Origin: an uncultured Clostridia bacterium
Lineage (GTDB): Bacteria; Bacillota; Clostridia; TANB77; CAG-508
DNA length: 64,000 nt
Assembly: GCA_944386365.1 (NCBI GenBank)
Contig: CALXAT010000009.1
Location: forward strand, 1,927-65,926
Direction: 5' to 3'
Under the pieces are notes generated by a model. The model saw only the letters and a program-made list of their open reading frames with translations. It had not been told where the DNA came from and ran no database searches. Each line of letters begins with the position of its first letter. Position 1 is the stretch's first letter. A program made the translations under genes and the position numbers. Of the stretch, positions 58,878 to 64,000 are shown one piece after another.

Positions 58878-59118
58878 CTTATTACCTCCATTCTCTTTTG
58901 TATATTATATTCATGCTTCTCTTTTATGTTACATTTATGGTAACTATTCCTAAAAATTGCTATAAAATTAATTTCTCTTTAACTAAATTCTGATTTAAAA
59001 TTTTATTCTTTTCAGACACCTTTTTTCTTTATTCATTGACTTTTCCCTACTTTTTCTTTAAAATATATAGTAAATTTGAGAAAAACAATTATATCTATTA
59101 ATTAAGAAGGGATTATAT

Positions 59119-59757
59119 ATGAACAAAAAAGATGCTATAAAAATGATAGAAATTTTAAAACAAACTTATCCAGATGCTACTTGTAGCTTAGATTTTGAGA
59201 CTCCTTTTCAAGCAGTCGTTGCCGTTATTCTCTCTGCACAATGTACAGATGAAAGAGTCAATAAAACAACACCTGCACTCTTTAAAAAATGTAAAACTGT
59301 AGAAGATTTTGCAAATATAGATATAAAAGAACTTGAGAATTTTATACATCCTTGTGGTTTCTTTAAAAATAAAGCGAAAAATATTAAATTATGTGCTAAA
59401 CAAGTATTAGAAAAATTCAATGGTCAAGTTCCTAATAATATGCAAGATTTAATGAGTTTAGCAGGTGTGGGTAGAAAAACTGCCAACGTTGTATTATTAG
59501 AAGTTTTCGGAATTGCTGAAGGCATTGCCGTTGATACACATGCAAAAAGAATTTCTAATTTAATTGGTTTATCTAATAAAAAAGAACCTGAAAAAATAGA
59601 ACAAGATTTACTTAAAATTTTTCCAAAAGAATATTTAAAGGATATTAACCATTTATTTGTTTGGCATGGTAGAAATACCTGTATTGCTAGAAATCCAAAA
59701 TGTGATACTTGTACAATTAACCAGTATTGTAAACATTATAAAGAAAATATACGGTAA
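59119..59757 (+). CDS. nth: endonuclease III
   Basis: HhH-GPD with LMSLAGVGRKTANVV; C-terminal 4Fe-4S Cys cluster CIARNPKCDTCTINQYC. Confidence 0.9.
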   Translation: MNKKDAIKMIEILKQTYPDATCSLDFETPFQAVVAVILSAQCTDERVNKTTPALFKKCKTVEDFANIDIKELENFIHPCGFFKNKAKNIKLCAKQVLEKFNGQVPNNMQDLMSLAGVGRKTANVVLLEVFGIAEGIAVDTHAKRISNLIGLSNKKEPEKIEQDLLKIFPKEYLKDINHLFVWHGRNTCIARNPKCDTCTINQYCKHYKENIR

Positions 59758-59851
59758 AAAAACCAAACTTTAGACAACATAATGGCAAAAATTTCATCTA
59801 TTTTGTATATTTATTCATCTTTTTTACATACTAATATTTAGAGGTGATTTT

Positions 59852-59998
59852 TTGACAAATATTAATTGTTCACTGAATTGTATTTATCAAAAAGATGGTA
59901 AATGTTCTTATTCCAGTATAAAACAAACCACTTTTTCCACAACAAGTGAATGTGCTTACTTTGTTGATAAATCCGAAAAAGAAACTAATTCATCGTAA
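59852..59998 (+). CDS. small Cys-rich protein (48 aa, TTG start), DUF1540-like pattern
   Basis: RBS GAGGTGA then TTG; TNINCSLNCIYQKDGKCSYS...TSECAYFV; the stop sits inside the terminator hairpin GAAACTAATT/AATTAGTTTC plus T-run. Confidence 0.3.
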   Translation: MTNINCSLNCIYQKDGKCSYSSIKQTTFSTTSECAYFVDKSEKETNSS

Positions 59999-60089
59999 TT
60001 AGTTTCTTTTTTATCTCCTTGTTAATCATTGACAAAATCTTTTTTCCGTTATATATTGCTATTGATAATAAATTTAAGAGGAGGTTACT

Positions 60090-61391
60090 ATGATAAAAAA
60101 TAAGCTAAAATTTATTTCTTTAATCGCTTTACTTATTATAACTTTGTTAGTACCTATTGTAAATGCTGATAACGAAACAAGTACTGAACAAGCTACTACG
60201 GTTAATGAAAATCAAGAAACAATTACAATAAAAGAAGGAGACGAATACTTATTTCAAGATACTGTAACGGTTGACACTCCAGTTGATGGTAATTTATTTA
60301 TCATGGCAAATACAGTTACTATTAATTCTCAAATTGGTGGAGATGCTTTTATATGTGCCAATACAATTAATATTGAAGAAAATGGCTATATTTTAAGCAA
60401 TCTTTTTGCCTGTGCCAACACCATTAATGTAAAAGGTATTGCATATAATATCTATTCTGTTGGTGATACATTAACAATTGATGGATTTGTTTATAGAGAT
60501 GTTAGAAGCATCTGTAATACACTTAATATTAATAGTATGATAGGAAGAAATGTATATGTTGATTGTTCTAATATAGATTTCAAAGAAAAACCAGAAGGAG
60601 AAGAAAACCCTAGCATTACATCTTATGGAACTATTCAAGGAGATTTAAATTATTTTTCTGATGAAGAAAAAACAATCCCAGAAAGCGCTGTTTCTGGAGA
60701 AACGCATTTTACTTCTTTAGAAGATAACACTATAGCTGCATCAGATTATATATATTCTTTAGGGGCTATGTTAGTATCTGCTGTAATCTTATGGTTAATT
60801 AGTTTATGGATTTCTCCAAAATTAATACATAATACATTAACACCTATGAATTTGAAGAAAGTTTTACAAATTATAGGATTAGGAATAATCGTTCCTATTA
60901 TCATTGTCCTTTTATCTATAATCATTTTACTTATTCCTATAACTAGTCAACTTACAATATTGTTACTTTGTGTATTAGCTATATTATTCTTTATTAGCAC
61001 TTCTGTTACAATTATCAATATCAATGATTGTATTTGTAATAAACTAAAAATTACACAAAACCTATATAAATTAGGATTCTTAATTATTTCAGCATTAGTA
61101 TTTTGGCTACTAACCTTAATTCCTTATGTAGGTACGGTAATTTCATTAGTTGCAATCATTTGGGGAATTGGTAGTGTTTCTTATAGTATTTTAATAAAAG
61201 AAAAATTTGATGAAAAAAATTCAGATTCTGAAGAAAAGAAAGAAAAAATTGAAACTAAAACTGAAGAAAATACATCTGATAAAACAAAAAAAGCAAAGGA
61301 AGATAAAAAGAATAAAACTACAAAAGCAAAAAAAGAAAATAAAAAAATGGATAAAAACAATGATAAAAAATCCGAAAATAAGAAAAAGTAA
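60090..61391 (+). CDS. membrane protein with signal peptide, beta-helical repeat region (bactofilin/DUF583-like), 4-5 transmembrane helices and a K/E-rich tail
   Basis: Repeats ...ANTVTINSQIGGDAF / ICANTINIEENGY / ACANTINVKGIAY...; hydrophobic core at aa 230-350; low-complexity KKxK tail. Confidence 0.4.
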   Translation: MIKNKLKFISLIALLIITLLVPIVNADNETSTEQATTVNENQETITIKEGDEYLFQDTVTVDTPVDGNLFIMANTVTINSQIGGDAFICANTINIEENGYILSNLFACANTINVKGIAYNIYSVGDTLTIDGFVYRDVRSICNTLNINSMIGRNVYVDCSNIDFKEKPEGEENPSITSYGTIQGDLNYFSDEEKTIPESAVSGETHFTSLEDNTIAASDYIYSLGAMLVSAVILWLISLWISPKLIHNTLTPMNLKKVLQIIGLGIIVPIIIVLLSIIILLIPITSQLTILLLCVLAILFFISTSVTIININDCICNKLKITQNLYKLGFLIISALVFWLLTLIPYVGTVISLVAIIWGIGSVSYSILIKEKFDEKNSDSEEKKEKIETKTEENTSDKTKKAKEDKKNKTTKAKKENKKMDKNNDKKSENKKK

Positions 61392-61396
61392 TAGCT

Positions 61397-61430
61397 AAAG
61401 AAGGAATCTATTGATATAGATTCCTTCTTT
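61397..61430. terminator. 14-bp perfect hairpin AAAGAAGGAATCTA/TAGATTCCTTCTTT
   Basis: Between convergent genes. Confidence 0.6.
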
Positions 61431-61443
61431 GTTAAACAATTGA

Positions 61444-62109
61444 TTATACTTCCATTTTTAGTTCATCTATAATCACTTTATAATCAACAGCATTTAAAAT
61501 AGCTGTTCCTGCAACTAAAATATTAGCACCTGCTTTTTTTACTTCTGGCGCAGTTCTTAAATTAATGCCTCCATCTACTTCTATATCCATTTCTAAATGA
61601 TTTTCATCCATATATGTCTTTAGTGTTTTTACCTTTTCTGTCATATCACTTAAATAGGTTTGTCCACCTTTTCCTGGTTCTACTGTCATTACCAAGCACA
61701 TATGAATATATGGTAAATATTTATATACTTCTTTTATATCTGTTTCAGGTTTTACAGCTATCCCCACCTTACAATGATTTTCTTTTATATAATGAATTAT
61801 TTCTAGCACTTCTTGCTCATCTTTGCATGCTTCTAAATGAAATGTGATAATATTAGGTTCTACCGCACTATAATCGTCTATTGCCTTTTTGATATCCTTT
61901 ACCATTAAATGGACATCTAATGGTGCATTAGATATTCTTCTTATATATGATGCATATTCCAGCATTTTTTGATAGGTATCTTTTTCTACGAATTTGCCAT
62001 CCATAACATCTATATGAAAATAATCTGTTTTAGATGCTTCTAATGCAAAAAATGTTTTTGACTCCTCTCCTTTTTTTACTGAAAGAATGGATGTTGAAAC
62101 TTCTACCAT
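61444..62109 (-). CDS. rpe: ribulose-phosphate 3-epimerase
   Basis: ...DVMDGKFV... and ...DGGIN... motifs; 221 aa. Confidence 0.9.
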   Translation of the reverse strand: MVEVSTSILSVKKGEESKTFFALEASKTDYFHIDVMDGKFVEKDTYQKMLEYASYIRRISNAPLDVHLMVKDIKKAIDDYSAVEPNIITFHLEACKDEQEVLEIIHYIKENHCKVGIAVKPETDIKEVYKYLPYIHMCLVMTVEPGKGGQTYLSDMTEKVKTLKTYMDENHLEMDIEVDGGINLRTAPEVKKAGANILVAGTAILNAVDYKVIIDELKMEV

Positions 62110-62984
62110 TTTCTTTCCTCCTTTTCTTTTAATTCATAATATATTTTACAAAATCTTTCATATCTCGATTTATCTATTTTTCCAATATTTACTGCGTTTT
62201 TTATTCCACAATTTTTTTCTTTTATATGGGTACAACCTATAAATTCACAGTTTTCTTCAAATTGTCCAAATTCTTTAAAGTAGTGATATAAGTCTTTACT
62301 TTCTATTTCCGATATATCAAATGTTGAAAATCCTGGTGTATCTGCTATATAGGTATTATCATCAATTTCATATAGTTTAATTGCTGTTGTTGTATTTTTT
62401 CCTCTTCTATTTTTCTTACTGATTTCACCTTCTTGTGTAACATCTCTATTAAATATGCCATTAATTAACGTAGATTTTCCAACACCAGAATTTCCTGAGA
62501 ATGCATTTATATTATTTTTTAATACTTTTTTTAGCTCTTCTATTCCTTTTTTTTGTTTTGCATCTGTTAAGATCACTTTATATCCTATTTTACTATATAT
62601 TTGTTTTATCTCTTTAAATTCTTCTCTTTGATCTAAATCAGTTTTATTTAATACAATAATTGCATTTACACCTACATATTCTGCAAATGCTAGTTGTTTA
62701 TCTAACATTAATAAATCTGGCTTTGGATCTTTACTAGAAACTACAAATACAATTTGGGTTATATTGGCAAGTTTCGGTCTTTTTATATATACTTTTCTGT
62801 CATAAATTTTCTCAATAACCGCTTTCTTTTCTTTTTCATCTGTAATGGTGATTTCTACATTATCACCAACCACTGGTGTAATTTCATCTTTTTTGAATTT
62901 TCCTCTTGCAGTTGTTTCATATATCCCATTATCTGTTTTTACTTGATATAAATTTGATATATTCTCTATGATTAATCCTTGCAT
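62103..62984 (-). CDS. rsgA: ribosome small-subunit-dependent GTPase A (RsgA/YloQ)
   Basis: Circularly permuted GTPase with NKTDL then GNSGVGKSTL; C-terminal zinc knuckle CEFIGCTHIKEKNC. Confidence 0.85.
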   Translation of the reverse strand: MQGLIIENISNLYQVKTDNGIYETTARGKFKKDEITPVVGDNVEITITDEKEKKAVIEKIYDRKVYIKRPKLANITQIVFVVSSKDPKPDLLMLDKQLAFAEYVGVNAIIVLNKTDLDQREEFKEIKQIYSKIGYKVILTDAKQKKGIEELKKVLKNNINAFSGNSGVGKSTLINGIFNRDVTQEGEISKKNRRGKNTTTAIKLYEIDDNTYIADTPGFSTFDISEIESKDLYHYFKEFGQFEENCEFIGCTHIKEKNCGIKNAVNIGKIDKSRYERFCKIYYELKEKEERKW

Positions 62985-62994
62985 ATTTCCTCCA

Positions 62995-63033
62995 TTTTGT
63001 CCATTGGGGACGTGTCAAATTGGACATTTTTCT
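62995..63033 (+). repeat. GGGAC dispersed repeat, copy D (short form, embedded in the palindrome TGTCCAAT...ATTGGACA)
   Basis: TTTTGTCCATTGGGGACGTGTCAAATTGGACATTTTT, 12-50 nt upstream of the rsgA start. Confidence 0.55.
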
Positions 63034-63089
63034 CTTCTATTATATATGAAAAAAGCTCAATTAGCAATTACTAATTGAACTTTTTATTA

Positions 63090-64000
63090 TTAACTAAAGT
63101 TTACTGATGATGTATTATCCAAATTAATTGTTTGTGTTCTAGTCCAGTTACCGCCATTTGTATCTGTAATAATTAATGTTAATTTTACGGAACCTTTTCC
63201 ACTAATTTCTGTTGATTTATTGGTTATATTTTTGTCAACTCCTGAATCTGTATAAACTGTACTATCATCAACTTTTAATTCAATTCTGACATTTTTTACA
63301 ATATTAGATTCGCTTTCTCCTTCTGTACTTTCTTCATATCCTCCTGTAATTGATTTTACATTAATTGTTACAGTTGCTTTCTTGTCTTCTGTTACTTTAT
63401 TTACAGTTAGTGTAATTGTTGTTCCTTCATCTACTGTTGTTCCGCCTGTAACACTTTGTCTTGTAACTTTTCCATCATCTGTTGTTGCATCTACATAGTT
63501 AACTGTCACTTTTAGACCTTGACCTTCTAGTGTTGATTTTGCATTTGCTTCTGTTTGCCCTACTACATTTTGCACGGTTACTTGTTTAATTCCTGTTCCT
63601 GTACTTACATGGATTTTTATGGTATCTCCTGCATATGCTTCTGAATCTGCATCTACTTCTTGTGAAATAACATATCCTTCCTCTACTGTTCTACTTGTTT
63701 CTTCAACAATTTCTGCTTTCAAATTTGCCTCTTCCAAAGCTTCTTCTGCTTCTTCTCTCGTCATTCCTACTACTTTAGGTACTGTTGTTTTTTCTTGTCC
63801 TTTACTAATGACCACTTTTAACGTACTGCCTTCTTTTACATTATAATCTTCAATGTATGTAGGGTCTTGTGAAATAACATATCCTTCTGGAACATCTTTA
63901 TTAAATTCTTCGCTAGATACTTCAAAGACTAATTTCAGATCTTCAACGGTTTTTTGTGCCTCTTCTTTAGACATTCCTACAACATTTGGAAGTTCTACTT
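63090..64000 (-). CDS. prkC: Ser/Thr protein kinase PrkC, C-terminal extracellular PASTA repeats (5' part is beyond the window)
   Basis: Three PASTA-like repeats (VPNVVG...EGYVISQ...) plus a C-terminal Ig-like domain; operon context prkC-rsgA-rpe. Confidence 0.7.
   Translation of the reverse strand, partial: VELPNVVGMSKEEAQKTVEDLKLVFEVSSEEFNKDVPEGYVISQDPTYIEDYNVKEGSTLKVVISKGQEKTTVPKVVGMTREEAEEALEEANLKAEIVEETSRTVEEGYVISQEVDADSEAYAGDTIKIHVSTGTGIKQVTVQNVVGQTEANAKSTLEGQGLKVTVNYVDATTDDGKVTRQSVTGGTTVDEGTTITLTVNKVTEDKKATVTINVKSITGGYEESTEGESESNIVKNVRIELKVDDSTVYTDSGVDKNITNKSTEISGKGSVKLTLIITDTNGGNWTRTQTINLDNTSSVNFS

Noticed and set aside
61207-61398. 63-aa lysine-rich ORF overlapping the 3' end of the 60090-61391 gene
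   Set aside because: It is the +1 frame of the A-rich, K-rich tail-coding DNA. This is a low-complexity artefact.
1-64000. CRISPR arrays, rRNA or tRNA genes, IS elements or transposases
   Set aside because: No regularly spaced direct repeats, no rRNA or tRNA-like sequence other than the tmRNA tRNA-like domain, and no transposase or integrase ORFs were found on either strand.

Overview
This window is a low-GC (~28%) segment of a Firmicutes/Clostridia-type chromosome, read from sequence alone. It is almost entirely coded on the minus strand.

Main content, in order:
- Positions 1-11.2 kb hold the S10-spc ribosomal-protein cluster (rpsJ through rplO, then secY and a partial adk). rpmD is absent. 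The zinc-ribbon forms of S14 and L28 are present, and L24 has an unusual C4 zinc ribbon.
- The cluster is not preceded by tuf. Instead it has its own consensus promoter, a GC-rich leader of about 110 nt, and an intrinsic terminator.
- Downstream come RNase J, spoVT, a KAP-NTPase/comF/recD2 block, an orphan transketolase N-terminal subunit, a PepV-like peptidase, ftsH, alr, a FemAB-family gene, tmRNA (ssrA) and a phd/parE/methyltransferase module.
- The rest is fhs, xseA/xseB/nusB, the asp23 operon, fmt-def-priA, clpX-clpP-tig, rpmB, nth and rpe-rsgA-prkC (partial).

Non-core content:
- Two paralogous prepilin-like surface proteins (one with a LamG domain), each paired with a divergent small DNA-binding gene.
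- A dispersed GGGAC-type intergenic repeat of about 50 bp, with four copies.
- Two compositionally foreign small ORFs.
- Tandem tiny ORFs with strong ribosome-binding sites.
- A GT2 plus GT-C glycosylation gene pair.

Several single-base ORF disruptions are visible. They sit in an A6 tract, in two aCGGA contexts and at an in-frame TAG. Each is either an assembly indel or a real pseudogene or phase-variation site.

I found no CRISPR array, rRNA, tRNA, transposase or integrase. The S10 leader, the repeat family and the pilin-regulator pairs are the most likely candidates for something undescribed.
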